This document shows positions 27,733 to 43,190 of a stretch of 64,000 nt of DNA, one piece after another. The number at the start of each line of letters is the position of its first letter. Position 1 is the stretch's first letter. This stretch comes from Eledone cirrhosa (Eukaryota), in NCBI GenBank assembly GCA_964016885.1, contig OZ024741.1, positions 110,360,001-110,424,000 on the forward strand, in the 5' to 3' direction. The position numbers and the translations under genes were made by a program. The notes below the pieces were generated by a model. It was not told the DNA's origin and searched no databases. It worked only from the letters and a program-made list of their open reading frames with translations.

Positions 27733-28497
27733 TTATACCTATAATATTCCTATTAATCTCCATAACAATCTCATCTACTTGGTTTTAATATATTGATATC
27801 TCTAAATCATAATATCTCTAACATTTGTTGTACTTCCACTTCTTAAAAAATTTCATATAATATATACGTATATAATTCTAATTTTTAAACATTTTTTTAA
27901 TTTGAATAATGTTTTTATTTCTTTAAAAATTACTTATCTCTTAAAAAATTTTTTTTAAAGGGGTTTTTTTTATTTTCTAAAGATTTTTAAAAAATCAAAA
28001 AAAAATTTTTTTTTTTTTTTTCAATATTCTTTTAAATATTTTTTAATGTATTTTTTAATATATTTTTTCAATATATTTTTTCAATATATTTTTTTCAATA
28101 TTTTTTCAATATCTTTTCAATATTTTCTCAATATTTTTTCAATATTTTTTCAATAGATTAATAACTACTAACTGATTCTGGCTAAATGTATCTTAAACAT
28201 CCATACTTATTTTGACAAAATAGTCTCACACAAATAAATAAAACCGGAGTTTTTTCCTTATCTTCCCTTTTAATCATATAAATATAAATATAAATATTCT
28301 TACTTAACTCAGTTAATTTAATTTAATTTAATTTAATTTAACTTTAAATACATATTTATTTACATAAAATACAAAACAAATATCCCTCATAACGCATTTG
28401 AACAAATATCTATAACATGATATACCCATCTATTTATTTATTTATTTATTTATTTATCTACTTATAAACGAATGAAAAATATTATATTATAAACAAA

Positions 28498-28680
28498 GGG
28501 CGGTGGATTGGCAGTATCGGTAGAGGGTCGGACGCCATGCTTTGTATCACAGTTACGTCCCTTTACGAACTGAGTTCAAATCGCGCCGAGGTTAACTTTG
28601 CCCTTACGGGGTCGATAAAATAAAGTACCAGTAATACACTGGGATAATTGGTGGCCTTGTGCCAAAAAGTAGAAACAATT
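28498..28680 (+). mobile_element. Full-length tRNA-derived SINE in the PLE right arm
   Basis: TSD attatattataaacaaa. The element is absent from the mirrored left arm (about 24870-24900). Confidence 0.9.
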
Positions 28681-28838
28681 ATATTATAAACAAATTTTAA
28701 ACAACTGATAAAATCCTTTTAATATAAATACACATAATATTAAGATATATATTTACTGATAAACACAGGTAATTGTCCGAATATATTTCCGTCAAATTAA
28801 CGTTATATGAGTTTTTTATTCATCTTCGGTTTTTTCCT

Positions 28839-28903
<65 letters not shown>

Positions 28904-29109
28904 GCACACTATTTTGTCCTTCTTCTCTTCTCTCTTCTTTCTCTCCATAGTCGTTTAAATAAACGGTTGTTTTTCAATTATTTACATATTCATTTGCATA
29001 TTCACCCATAAGTTTGAAAAATCCCTAATACATTTCCACTATCCAGAGAATATCCAACTGATAAGGTATGATTTTCCTTGATATGTCTCTATTTATAAAA
29101 CAAATTTTG

Positions 29110-29172
29110 TATTTTATCTGAAGATAGCGTACCAAAGTCTTTTGGTACCCTTGAAATATATATAATAAAATA
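29110..29172 (+). ncRNA. Type I hammerhead ribozyme motif (PLE right arm)
   Basis: tattttat-CTGAAGA-tagcgtaccaaa gtct tttggtaccctt-GAAA-tatata-TA-ataaaata. Stem I is a perfect 8 bp and stem III is palindromic. Confidence 0.8.
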
Positions 29173-29312
29173 AATATGGTTTTATAAATATAGTTTCCAT
29201 TTATTTAATATCACTGAATATTTACTCCAGGAACTTGTTGAGTGCTCTAAATCAGTTATAAACATTTATATTTATATTTGTCGGGTTTCCAACAAATTAA
29301 ATACCCCTTCTA

Positions 29313-29406
<94 letters not shown>

Positions 29407-29873
29407 TACATACATACTACTGTACTAATGAACAGATACATATATATGTTTCTTTGTGTGATTCTGTGTGTTCTTATAAGTGTTTATATGTGTGAGTTTG
29501 TATGTAGTATTTGTCTATGTGATTTTATGTATATAATACACCTGTATATATGTCTGCCGATATGTGTGTATATGAGTGTACGTGTGTGTGTGAATGTGTG
29601 TGTATGTGATTAAGGACAGGTATTCGTTCAGGCAATTAATTATAATTACAAAACACCTGATTGAGGCGACGCTATAATTTATGCAAAGTCTGAGGTCGGT
29701 GGAATATCATATTAACGAAATATCAAGCAGCTGGAGATGAATAATGCATGCTTAAATGGATATATCTATCTATTTACATAGCTTTATACATACATACATA
29801 CATACATACATACATACATACATACATACATACATACATACATACATACATACATACATACATACATACATAC

Positions 29874-30806
29874 AGTAGTCTATCTTGGACCAACAACCGC
29901 TATATTGGCTCTCACTTTGAAGGATACGCTTTTGCAATCCAGGAACAGGAGATTAGCACGAAATACCTGATTCACAAAAGAGATAGGGATGCAGGCAAAA
30001 CACCTAGATGTGATAACAAGTGCAGACTCTGCAGAACTAACATCGAGGATATCACCCATGTCATCAGCAGCTGTCCAAAGATGTCATCGCGGTACTATCT
30101 ACCTATGAGGCATGATGTAGTGGCCAAAACACTGTACAATGCAGTTCGTAAAAAAGATAGCCCCGATAATAAACACATTAAAAGCTACAACAATGTGGAA
30201 GACATCCATGTACATAATATGAAAGAGTACTGGTGGAATGTTCCAGTAAAAACCCCAATAAAATGCAGGCATAACAGACCAGATATTATGATATGGGACA
30301 GGGAGAAGAAAACATGCACAGTAGTGGAAATTAGCTGCCCAGCAGATGCCAATATAATATCAAAGATTAGTGAAAAGGAGAATATTTATGCAAAACTGAT
30401 GAGAAATCTGCAGATACTCCACCCTGATTACACCTTCAGATTTATGCCTGTGATTATTGGGGCACTGGGATATGTTAGTAACTGCCTCAATACAAAGAAC
30501 ACAACTAGTTAGGAAATTACAAGTACAATCCATTAATGGAACAGTAAAAATATGTAAAACATTCCAAAAATGTTGCATCTAATAACTGCATATGCACATG
30601 TACAGATACAAAGCATATACACATGCACACATACAACTCAAAACATACACATCCACACATACAATAACATCCATATCTACACATGCATGCATACATACAT
30701 ATCTACCTAGTTGATGTGTAAATTCCAATGAGAGAGTCTTGTGTCTATGTTAGAAACTCACTCTCTCTCTATTGGTAAAACTTTTTGAAATTATAAAACC
30801 AGAAGA
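29874..30806 (+). mobile_element. 5'-truncated R4/Dong family B copy inside a (TACA)n array
   Basis: Open zinc-knuckle and REL frame (CRLC..HVISSC, CRHNRPDIMIWD..VEISCP), highly similar to 3534-4464, with TACA repeats on both sides. Confidence 0.9.
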
Positions 30807-30818
30807 ACATACATACAT

Positions 30819-31146
30819 GGTGGCTGCCAACTCGTTTTCGAGTACGGCCACTACTTTATATCCATGTAGGAGAACACCTACCGATACGCTGAACGAGTGT
30901 GACTTTTTAGTCCAGCCAGCGACTTGAAAACTCTGGTACAAACACTACACTTGTGACAATTATTGACACATAGTGCTGGGCCCATGGTAACATGTGACGA
31001 CAAGTGCAGAGAGATCTCCAGATATAAAGCAATGCCTGTGCCGTGTAGCTTTTATAGTGAGCAAAGGCTCTGCACAAAGCCAGTCCCACTCTCTTAACCA
31101 AGATATTTACCAAAAAGAAGAACAAGTCAACATCATTGGATATCAT
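30819..31146 (-). mobile_element. Non-coding (TATG)n-associated retroposon, 5'-truncated copy
   Basis: Reverse complement of about 53344-53674, flanked by TACA/CATA repeats. Confidence 0.8.
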
Positions 31147-32273
31147 CATACATACATACATACATACATACATACATACATACATACATACATACATGAT
31201 GATGGCTGCCCCCTCGTTATCGAGTATGGCCATTGCACGATATACCATTATTGATAATTATTAATTAATTCTATCGTGCAATGCCTGTGCGTGAAGATAA
31301 TTTTTAAAGTGAGGAAATACATACATACATACATACATACATACATACATACATACATACATACATACACACACACATATATACATATATACATACACAC
31401 ATACAACAACGCCGGCGACGACGATGACAAAAACAACAATAGAAACAACAATAAGAACAGCAACAACAATTAAACAGACATGTACAGGAATGATCTCATC
31501 TCTGACCATCGACTTGATATCAACGTGATTTCGATATCTTCTGATATCATTCAATTCCAGAGACGTCTGTGGAGTTCAAACTACTCAGGATTGAGCGATA
31601 TTCCAACACGTTAGGGATTCAATACTAATATATAACATTAGGGGATTCCTGCTTAAACCAATAATGGCAAGCAACACGCATCTGGGAGGTATGGAAAATT
31701 GCGATTGTTACATGGAACTTCTCCTAAAGGATGATGTTGGTGGTGATGGTGGTGGTGGTGGTGGTGGTGGCGGTTTGTGATGGTGGTGGTTTGCGGTGGT
31801 GGGGGTTCTAATGATAGTGATGTTAGCAATAATAGTGATGGTGATGGTAATGGTGATGGTAGTGGTGATGGTAGCGGTGTTGGTTGTGGTGGTGGTGGTG
31901 ATGGTGGTGGTGGTGGTGGTGGTGGTGGTGGTGGTGGTGTTGGTGGTGGTGGTGGTGGTTGTAATGATAGTGATGTTAGCGATGATGGTGATGATGATGT
32001 GATGATGGTGATGGTAATGGTGATGGTAGTGGTGATGGTTGTGGTGGTGGTTGTGGTGGCGGTTGTAGTGGTTGTGGTGGTGGTGATGGTGGTAGTGGTG
32101 GTGATGGTACTAATGATAGTGATGTTAGCGGTGATGATGATGGTGATGTGGTGATGGTGATGATGGTTCAACAAAATGAGATCAACTATAGAAATAATAG
32201 TCATAACAACCGCAACAGCAACAACAACTACAACTACTATTACTCCAGCAACCACAGCAACAATAACAACAAC

Positions 32274-32541
32274 GGTCGTGCCCTTGGCAGTGGAGACCTC
32301 TGGTGTCCTTGACCCTAGGGCTACCTCCCTATTCACCACCATAGGCGCTGAGCTGGCCAGCCGCAGGTGTGAGACTCGCGAATTGGAATGGCTTTCCAGC
32401 GCATCTCCCTTACCAATTCCCCGGAGAAACGCTTTCTCCATTCTGTCCGCCGGGGCTGTGGGGAGGCCAGCACGTGGGACCCCATTTGCTCACCATACGG
32501 ATTAACGCAAATAAACCAACTTTTTAACGATTAAAAAAAAA
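32274..32541 (+). mobile_element. CRE-clade non-LTR retrotransposon 3' end
   Basis: VPLAVETSGVL...RELEWL...RRNAFSIL resembles the CRE REL C-terminus. Followed by aataaa and an A-tract, inside (AAC)n-type repeats. Confidence 0.65.
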
Positions 32542-32712
32542 TCACAATAACAACAATAACAACCACAATACAATAACAACAGCTACTATTACAACAACAA
32601 ACAGCAACAATACAACAATAACAACAACAATATAACAACAAAAACAATAACTACAACTACTATTACTACAACAACCAGAACATCAACATTAACGATAACA
32701 ACCATTACAATA

Positions 32713-32776
<64 letters not shown>

Positions 32777-33004
32777 TTACAACCATAACAATTACAACTA
32801 CCACTTCTACTATTACTACTACTACTACCACTACTACTACTACTATTACCACTACTACTACTACTACTACTACTACAACTACTACTACTACCACTACTAA
32901 CATTACTACTACTACTACTACTGCTACTACTATTACAACCATAACAAGTACAACTACCACTGCTACTATTACTATTACTATTACTACTACTACTACCACT
33001 ACTA

Positions 33005-33053
<49 letters not shown>

Positions 33054-33065
33054 CACTACTAATAT

Positions 33066-34536
<1,471 letters not shown>

Positions 34537-36339
34537 TTACTATAAAAAGCACCAAGGTGCTACATCATCAAGAAGTTATGTAAAATTAAGAAAATTGATG
34601 AGAAAATAATATATTGTATGTGTTAATGTCTGACAGTCGCCATTGCTGACATGTAACTTCCTAACTTAAAGGTTAGAGAGTTCCAATTACAATGACCTTT
34701 CAAACTGAAGCCATGACCACCATGTTAGAAAATACATATGTCTGTCTGTCTGTCAGTGTGTCTGATGTAACATCTTAAAAATTGGGAATCTTTGCAGTCG
34801 ACTGTAACATTTTTGACGTTTCTAAGAATACGGTAACGCTGATGGTGGTAGTGGTGGTGGTGGCGTTGTGTGGCTTTAAGGATATCAGGTGAACTAGTGG
34901 TATATCGATGACATTATAACAAAATATCTCTACGCTTCATTTGCTGCACGTGTGTGTCTGAGTGTTTGCGTGTATGTATCTGTATGTGCACGAGTATGTG
35001 TAACAACGTATGTCTGTGTTTAGGTGCATATGTGTTTTAGGATGCTTGTCACTGTGTGTTTTATTTTTGTGTTTGTGTCGTCGTGGTTTGTATGCGTGTG
35101 TTTTGTTGTATAGCAGATGAGGGTGGTATGTTTATATGTGCTTGTATTATTATTTGTGTTCTATGTCTTTGGAAGGCGGTCTGTATATGTACATATTTGT
35201 TCAGACCTGTGAGTATGTTAGTATTTGTGTGACTGTGTCTGGGCTGCGTACATGTTAAATGTTTGCATTAGCTACATGTGTATTGTACACGCATTTATGT
35301 ATGTGCATGTGCGTGTGAGTCTGACAATGCGCCCACGTGTGTGCCTGAATGTGTGTGTATGTATGTGTGTGCATGTCTGTGAGGAGGAGGTGGGGGTGAT
35401 TGGAAAATCAATGTTTATAGGGATCTAACGGAGAGCGTATTGTGGAAATTTGACCAAGCCAGCTTTTGCAGAGTAGTATATGTATACCCAGGGCCAAGTA
35501 TAAGATGTATAGCCAGGGCCAAGTATTAGGTGTATACCCAGAACTAGGGTGTATATCCAAGGGTGGGTATTTATGTAGCTCCATCCCTGATCAATATTAG
35601 ATTGCCCTCGATGAGGAGTTTTTGTATCGTTAGGGTTTATTGGCTTATAACCACGTCAGAAATATCGTTGCTGGTGCATTCAAACAACAATGTTGCAGCG
35701 TGAATACAATGAGAAGCGACAACAGGCTGCACCTTGTTGTTTTCCACAGAGTGGACGAGAAATGACAACACAGGAGTTTAAACAAAGGAAATACGATAGC
35801 GAAACCTCGACATTATTGGTCAGGAGAAGGTGCAGGTCGATTTGAAGGAAGTGCTCGTATTTCCGAAGCCATATTGGAATGACGAAACATTGTCTTAACC
35901 TTGTGACATGATTTGACCAGAGAAAATTACCTGATTGAGTCGCCAGTGCATTGGAGAAGCAAATGAAATGAAAACATGAAGGAAAAGTTTTACAATATGA
36001 AAGACAAAGGGAATCTTGTAAGGCCGACAATAGCAGTTTAAATTGCTTCCTGTAGTGGGGGTCGCAAGTTTGGAGTTAGATCCACTCTGTCTTACCTATC
36101 TGGTATTGCTGTTGCAGAGGATAGTAAAACTGTGGCGCGAACTTCTTAAATATGACAAAGGCATGTAAAAGAAAGATCAAAGCTGCGAGCCAAGAGTTAT
36201 AGAGGAAGAATATACCCCACTATGGGATTAGACTTACGATCAACAAGATCTCAGACCTCATTCGCTTACCGAGTGGGGTGGAACTCGTCATATCAGATCA
36301 AGGAAACAATGTTTCCATTCGTCTTTCCATTGCTGATAC

Positions 36340-36487
36340 TATCTAACGGTCGCAACTCCTGGCAGAAAGAGTAATGTGAAATAAAGTGTCTTGCTCAAGG
36401 ACGTAACGCATCATCGGGTCCAGGTTTCTAACTCATAACCTCACGATTGCGAATCCAAATCTCTAACCACTAAACCTTGTGCCTTCA
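36340..36487 (-). mobile_element. Second tRNA-derived SINE family, 5' part
   Basis: Minus strand has an A-box-like tttagtggttag followed by tccttgagcaagacactttatttcac. Confidence 0.65.
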
Positions 36488-36789
36488 CTTTTTTTATCTA
36501 TTTAGAAATCAACGATAGGAAATTATTCCTGGATTTAAGTTCTACATAAGATTTATTTTCGATGTTTCTTAAAGACACAGAATAATAATTATGAAACTAT
36601 TTCCAGAACCGTAGCTCCTGATTGAATCGTAGTGACGCCTTCAGGACATACGGTGTGTCTTGAGCAGTTTTAAGACCTGGCGGAGGACATCTCATCTCCA
36701 TGTTGAAATACAGCCGATTTCTTTCAAAGAGAGAGTGCAATAGAGAGGAAATGAGAAATAGATATAGAGGAAGCAATGACCCCAGTTTT

Positions 36790-36905
36790 GGCATGGTACT
36801 TTTTTATCGACTTCGAAAAGATAAAAGGCAAAGTTGACTTCGTCTGGTTTTGAAATAAGAGCACAGAGAGCCGAAACGAATATCGCCCCTATCAATTCGC
36901 CGCCT
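36790..36905 (-). mobile_element. Degenerate tRNA-derived SINE
   Basis: Contains ggtactttttttatcgac...aaaggcaaagttgacttcg. Confidence 0.6.
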
Positions 36906-38885
36906 AATCATTTATCTACAGCAATATAATGATGCAAAGTATAAGAGATAAACAGACAAAAGATGCTAGAATTGTCCTCACCTCTCTACGGACAAGCAAC
37001 AGGCAGTGAACACATCTTGCTATTCTGTGATATTACTTTGCGTATGCTTCAACATAACCATGATTTCCAAACACTCATTAGAATATTCCAGCTTTCAGTC
37101 CACATGTGATTTGTATATGATATTGCACATAGAGTGGAGTTTATGTTTTGCTGAAGAGGTCTGAAACATGTCTGGAGTTGTCTTCCGTATTTGTGGAAAT
37201 AACTAAAATGATATTAGTCACTCGCTGATGTTGTCTTTTCCTCAGAGCATATTTATTTATGGTTCATTTTTTTATGTTCACTATATAAACACAAACTTAA
37301 CTATTGTTTTAAATGCAGATGGTGTCCCTGTGTAATTTATTCCATATGATTTATATGTTAAATAGTTCAGTGTTGTATATGTACATGTATCAGTTGTTGG
37401 ATGCCATTGAATATTTCAGTAAATGTAGATTGTTTATATGCCTGGGTGTGTATGTGTATATGTGTGTATGGGTGTGTATCTATGTGTATTTGTGTGTGAT
37501 TGTATAAGTTTAAGTGTGTGTTTGTGAGTGTGTTTGTGTGTGTGTGTGTGTGTTGGATATCATTTAAGATATCAACAAATTGCTATTATTTAAATGTTTC
37601 TATCTGTGCATGTGTGTGTATGTGTGAGAGAGAGAGAGAGAAAGAGAAAGAGAGAGAGAAAGAGAGAGAAAGAAAGAGAGAGAAAGAAAGAGGGAGAGAA
37701 AGAGCGAGAGAGAAAGAGAGAGAAAGAGAGAAAAGGAAAGAAAGAGAGAGAGAGAAAGAGAGAGAAAGAGAGAGTTTGTATTCGTCTGTTTCTTTTCATT
37801 TCGTTTATAGCAGAGAAAGAGAGACACAGAGAGCAAGTATATATATGTGTATGTATGTGTGTGCGTGTGTGTCTTCTTTATGCATCTATGTGTATGCGCG
37901 CGTGCATGCGTGCGTGGGTGTTTGCGTATGTGCGTGCAAGCGTGTGTGGGCGTGCTTATGTGTGTGTATGTGTGTGTTTGGGCGTGTATTTCTTTGTGTG
38001 CGTGTGTGTGCGCATGTATGCGTGTGCTTGTCTATGTATCTATAAGTGTTTAAGTGTGTGTGTGTGTCTGTGTGTCTATGTTTGACTATGTGTGCATGTG
38101 TGCATCTGTGCGTGTGCCTGTCTATGTGAGTGAGGGGGGACTTATGTGTGTGTGTGTATGTATGTGTCTATGTGTGTATGTATCTATGTATGTATGTGTT
38201 TAAGTATATGTGTGTGTGTCTCTGTGTGTCTATGTTTATATATATGTGTGTGTGTATGTGTATGTGTTCCTGTCTGATATATGTGCTACTTGTAGTCAGA
38301 GTTGCTTTATTTCTTAATCCAACTGGAGCTAAATTAAAAACTCTCGCCATATTTGATGAGTTTTGGTCGCCATCATGGGATTTGAAAGCCTCAGTAATCA
38401 CAACTACTCACGCCATTGCGATTTTATCAATGGCCAAATTTTATATGAATTATGCTTTATTCCCATCGGCATTTTCAGATTAACGAGTGGTTCTCTCTTA
38501 AAAACCTTTATCAACACGTTTGTTCTCCATCGGTAGACAGAGCAATGATGCCTTGTGGGACTGCAGGCCGATACGACAATCCTGTAATTATTTAGCAAGT
38601 ATATGTGGCCATATTTACTGTAGGTTACACTAACGACGTATCTGATAAGATCTACAATAGACATAAAGGCTGACTTTGTGTTTCTATTTAGAATCTGTTG
38701 GATGATGATTGGATGTAGTATTGTCTGTGAGTGAGTGAGTGAGTGAGTGAGTGAGTGAGTGAGTGAGTGAGTGAGTGAGTGAGTAAGTGTGTGTGTGTGG
38801 GGGGGGGGGGGGGGTGAAGAATACATACTTTTTCTTTTGCTATCTATGTCTCTCCATCCACCACTCTCTCTTTCGCTCACTGCTT

Positions 38886-38940
<55 letters not shown>

Positions 38941-38955
38941 TATATATATATATAC

Positions 38956-39059
<104 letters not shown>

Positions 39060-39188
39060 TTATATATATATATATATATATAAAAATAAATGTATATATA
39101 TTTATGTATATATATATATATACATATATTTATATACATACACACACACACAAACAGACATATATATATATACATATATATGTATATG

Positions 39189-39295
<107 letters not shown>

Positions 39296-39436
39296 TGTTA
39301 AAGGTTAGACATGTGTACGAAGAACCGCCAAATTGAATACGCACTCGATATATGTACAGAGAGTATAAGTTTAATTTTCCGAAGAAAAAAACGTAACAAT
39401 GACTTCGAAGTGACACAATCGCCGAAATTATATATA

Positions 39437-39622
39437 CGGTGGATTGGCAGTATCGGTGGAGGGTCGGACGCCATGCTTTCCAGCATAGTTACGTCCCTTT
39501 ACAGTCTGAGTTCAAATCCCGCCGAGGTTGACTTTGCCTTTCATCCTTACGGGGTCGATAAAATAAAGTACCAGTAATGCACTGGGTAATTGCTGGCCTT
39601 GTGCCTAAAGTAGAAACAATTA
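39437..39622 (+). mobile_element. Near full-length tRNA-derived SINE
   Basis: Matches 28498-28680. Flanking direct repeat aattatatatacg. Confidence 0.9.
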
Positions 39623-39752
39623 TATATACGTATGTGTGTATGTGTGTATGTGTATGTGTGTGTGTGCGCGCGTGCGTTATGGGTGTTGGTGTATGTGTTA
39701 TGTGTACGTGCATGTGTGTATGTACGCGCGCCTCTGTTTATGTAAGTACGTG

Positions 39753-39788
<36 letters not shown>

Positions 39789-40042
39789 GTTTATTCAAAC
39801 ACATTGAATACGTCACACAACGGCGAAACTTCGAAGTCACACCAACTTACAATAAATATTAAATACTGCACACATACTGAGTCATTTGTTCAGTCAATAT
39901 TGCTTCTTTTTTTTCTTTTTGCATTTAAAACATTTATCTCCAACTTTGTATCTATATATATATGTGTGTGTCTATGTATATATATATATATGTATATATA
40001 TTTATATCTCTCTCTATATATATATACACATGTGTATATATA

Positions 40043-40099
<57 letters not shown>

Positions 40100-40106
40100 A
40101 TACATA

Positions 40107-40145
<39 letters not shown>

Positions 40146-40157
40146 GTATACACATGT

Positions 40158-40213
<56 letters not shown>

Positions 40214-40283
40214 TATATAATATATATATACACATATATAATATTTATATATACATATATAATATATATATATATATGTAATA

Positions 40284-40367
<84 letters not shown>

Positions 40368-40624
40368 CACACAGACATATTTGAGTGTGCGTGCATGCTG
40401 GCATGTAAGAATCTGTGTATATGTAAGTGCGTATCATCTAGACAAAACACACACCAACGGCGCTATTGAAGACTTCCAACAGAGCGCCATTTGTCTTTGT
40501 TTAACTTAGTTTTCAGGTTATATAGCAACATCATCCACAATAACAACAACAACAACAACAGCAACGACAATAACAAAAACAAAAAACAGCAACAACATCA
40601 TCAACAACAACAATAATAACAATG

Positions 40625-41260
40625 ATTTCATTTATTGGCCACAAGGGTCGACATCTAGGGGACAATACAAAGACAGGGACAGTGGGGTTTACAATAAGGT
40701 CGAGTAAAAGTGCACAATGGCAAAACTAATTTAACAATGAAGATATAAAAAATATAAAATAAACTATGCATAAATATAACAAAATAAATTCCCCTATAGG
40801 GGGTGGACGACCCAAGGGTGACTCAGGTACCCCACCAATCCTGAACCACCCTGAGCTTCTAGGGCACCCAGGGAGAGCACCCCTCTCCTCAAGTTAGCTA
40901 ACCTATAGGCGCATGGTCAGAGTAGGCCCATTCACACGGGCCATTCTCTCCACATTCATCCACCTTTTAGCAAATATACTGGGGGGGGGGGGGCAGCACT
41001 TCTCTCTCCACCCTCACCTTCCTTTCCAGGTGAAACTTGAAGAAGTTGATGAGGGATTGGCCGAAGAGAAAAGTGTCTGTCTTCAGTCCTTTCAATCTGG
41101 TCCACCATATAACCTCTTTCACAACGGCCACCAGACAGAGGAAAGTTGCCTGCTCTTCCTGACCAAAGGAAGGTGGCGGGCCGATCTTCACTATGGACTC
41201 GGCCGGTAGCCGGATCCGTACCACAAGTCAGTAATGCACGGACATTGGACAAGTGCGTGC
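40625..41260 (-). mobile_element. L1/Tx1 3' fragment
   Basis: Reverse-complement homolog of about 14600-15170. Confidence 0.8.
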
Positions 41261-41289
41261 AGTAGCACTAGCATATTCATACCCATAAT

Positions 41290-41400
41290 GGGTTCTTATA
41301 TAGTACAAGGCCAGCAATCTGAGGGAGGGAAAAGTCGATTAAATCAACCCCAGTGTGTTTCTGGTACTTTATCTTATCGACCCTGAAAGAATGAAAGCCA
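41290..41400 (-). mobile_element. tRNA-derived SINE 3' part
   Basis: Similar to 5972-6110. Confidence 0.7.
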
Positions 41401-41574
41401 TATGGCCACTAAGTCCCATGACGTTTGGGACAAAATAAGGGCAAGAACAATACACAGTGAGGTTTACATCAAGTAAACGAAAAGGGACATCAACAAAGAG
41501 AAAACGGTAGGAATAACATTGTGATATCAAGAGAAAATAATGACAAATGTTGACAACGCATTATTTCTCTTCTG

Positions 41575-42563
41575 ACGATCGAATCGTATTATTTGCAGCA
41601 TAGAGTTATGGCCCTCTGCGTCCTAATTAAAACCCCACCGAGGTTGCTTTGCCTTTCATCATTACGGGGTCGATGAAATAAAACACCAGTAATGCATTGG
41701 GGAAATTGCTGGCCTTGTGCCAAAAAGTAGAAATAATTATTTGTAGAGACAAAGACCGTGGTTTTGCAGTATCGATAGAGCGTCAGACACCATGCTTTGC
41801 AGCATAGAGTTATGACCCTTTACGTTCTGAATTCAAATCCCGCCGAGGTTAGCTTTGCCTTTCATCCTTACGGGGTCGATAAAATAAAATACCAGTAATG
41901 CACTGGGGTAATTGCTGGCCTTGTGCCAAAAAGTAGAAACCATTATTTGTAGAGACAAAGACGATGGATTTGCAATATCGGTAGAGCGTCGGACGACGTG
42001 ATTTGCGTGATTTACGTACAAAGTTAAAATGCCACCGCAGTTGCAGTTAACTTTATCCTTTTGGGGTCGATACAATAAAGCACCAATTTAATCGACATTC
42101 CACCTTCCTTTCAAATTAAATTTGTGCCTAAATCAGAAACCATCATTTGTAGAGACAAGAACGGTGGAATGGCAGTATCAAAAAGGCGTCGGCAGGGCCT
42201 GATATAGAACATGGGAGGGGAGCTCATACGCAAAAAATTAAAATACATAACAAACTCCCAAGTTTACATTTCAAAGTCGGCTCGGAGCATGTAATTGGAA
42301 TTGTCAAGTTAAACCTACAAATGTTAAATGCAAAAGACCAGACAATTCGTTTAATTAAGACACTTTATTTCATATACATTTTTTCTCCAAAATGGCTGAC
42401 TTAATACACATGTTTTTTCTCAAAATTTTGTCTTTCCTTTCCTTCCTCTTCTCCCTCTTTCTATTTCATCTTATACTTCTCATTCTATCTTCTGAGGAAG
42501 GACTAGTGTCCGAAACCTTAAGACTCTTTTCCTACTATATCAAATGTTTAAATAATATATTTC

Positions 42564-42602
<39 letters not shown>

Positions 42603-43190
42603 TCATCATCATCATCATCATATGTTCCCGTTTTGATAGCAAATATATATCTTATATAGCCTGAAGCAATCCCATGACACATTTATCTTGCCAGACCCCA
42701 CCGCTGCCGATAGAGCCCCTTGCTCGTGGGGAGGAAATGCCCGTCTGCCCCACTATAAGTCCAGTCGCGGGTGTCAGAAAAATTGTTTTGTGGTATATAG
42801 TTACGGCCCTTTACGTTCTGAGTCCAAATCCTCCCTCCGATGTTAGCTTTGCTTTTCATCCTTTCGAGTTCGATAAAAGTACCAGTTACGCACTGAGTCT
42901 ATTTAATCGATATTCCCCCTTCCCTTCAAAGTGATCGCCTTGTGTGAAAACTTGAAAGGATTATTTGTTGAGACAGGGGTAGTGGATTGACAGTATCAGT
43001 AGGACGTTGGGACAAAATACTTTGAGTTATTTAGTTACAACTTTCTACATTTAATTTCAAACCTCACGAGGAAAACTTTACCATTCATCCTTACGGAGGC
43101 GTTAACATTAGTACCAGTCAATCGACTTTCTCCCTTCCCTTAAATTGCTGGCCTTGTGTCTAAATTAGAAACTATTATTTTGTAGAGACA
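41575..43190 (+). repeat. Head-to-tail array of 5-6 SINE copies separated by a common ~20-bp spacer
   Basis: Spacer attatttgtagagaca(aagac) at about 41737, 41942, 42143, 42959 and 43174. The array is interrupted at about 42195-42775. Confidence 0.8.
42488..42523 (+). ncRNA. Minimal hammerhead-like motif (PLE tail family shared with 44854 and 58114)
   Basis: tctt-CTGAGGA-a-ggac tagt gtcc-GAAA-cctt-aaga, about 45 bp upstream of (TA)n. Confidence 0.55.

Noticed and set aside
28498-28590. tRNA gene candidates (A/B boxes)
   Set aside because: They are SINE heads with no complete cloverleaf.
27733-29110. SECIS element downstream of the PLE ORF
   Set aside because: Several ATGA motifs are present, but none showed a convincing helix, AA loop and GA quartet by eye. 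This needs a computational search.
30819-30905. Possible HDV-like ribozyme (GGTGGCT...GGCCACT P1 with G.U) at the fixed end of the retroposon
   Set aside because: P1.1, P2 and J4/2 could not be assigned convincingly, and the truncation pattern indicates this is the 3' end read antisense.
35680-36030. Non-repetitive stretch with a 116-aa minus-strand ORF
   Set aside because: No recognisable domain or splice context.
41575-43190. CRISPR-like repeat/spacer periodicity
   Set aside because: The intervening units are homologous ~190-bp SINEs, the context is eukaryotic, and there are no cas genes.
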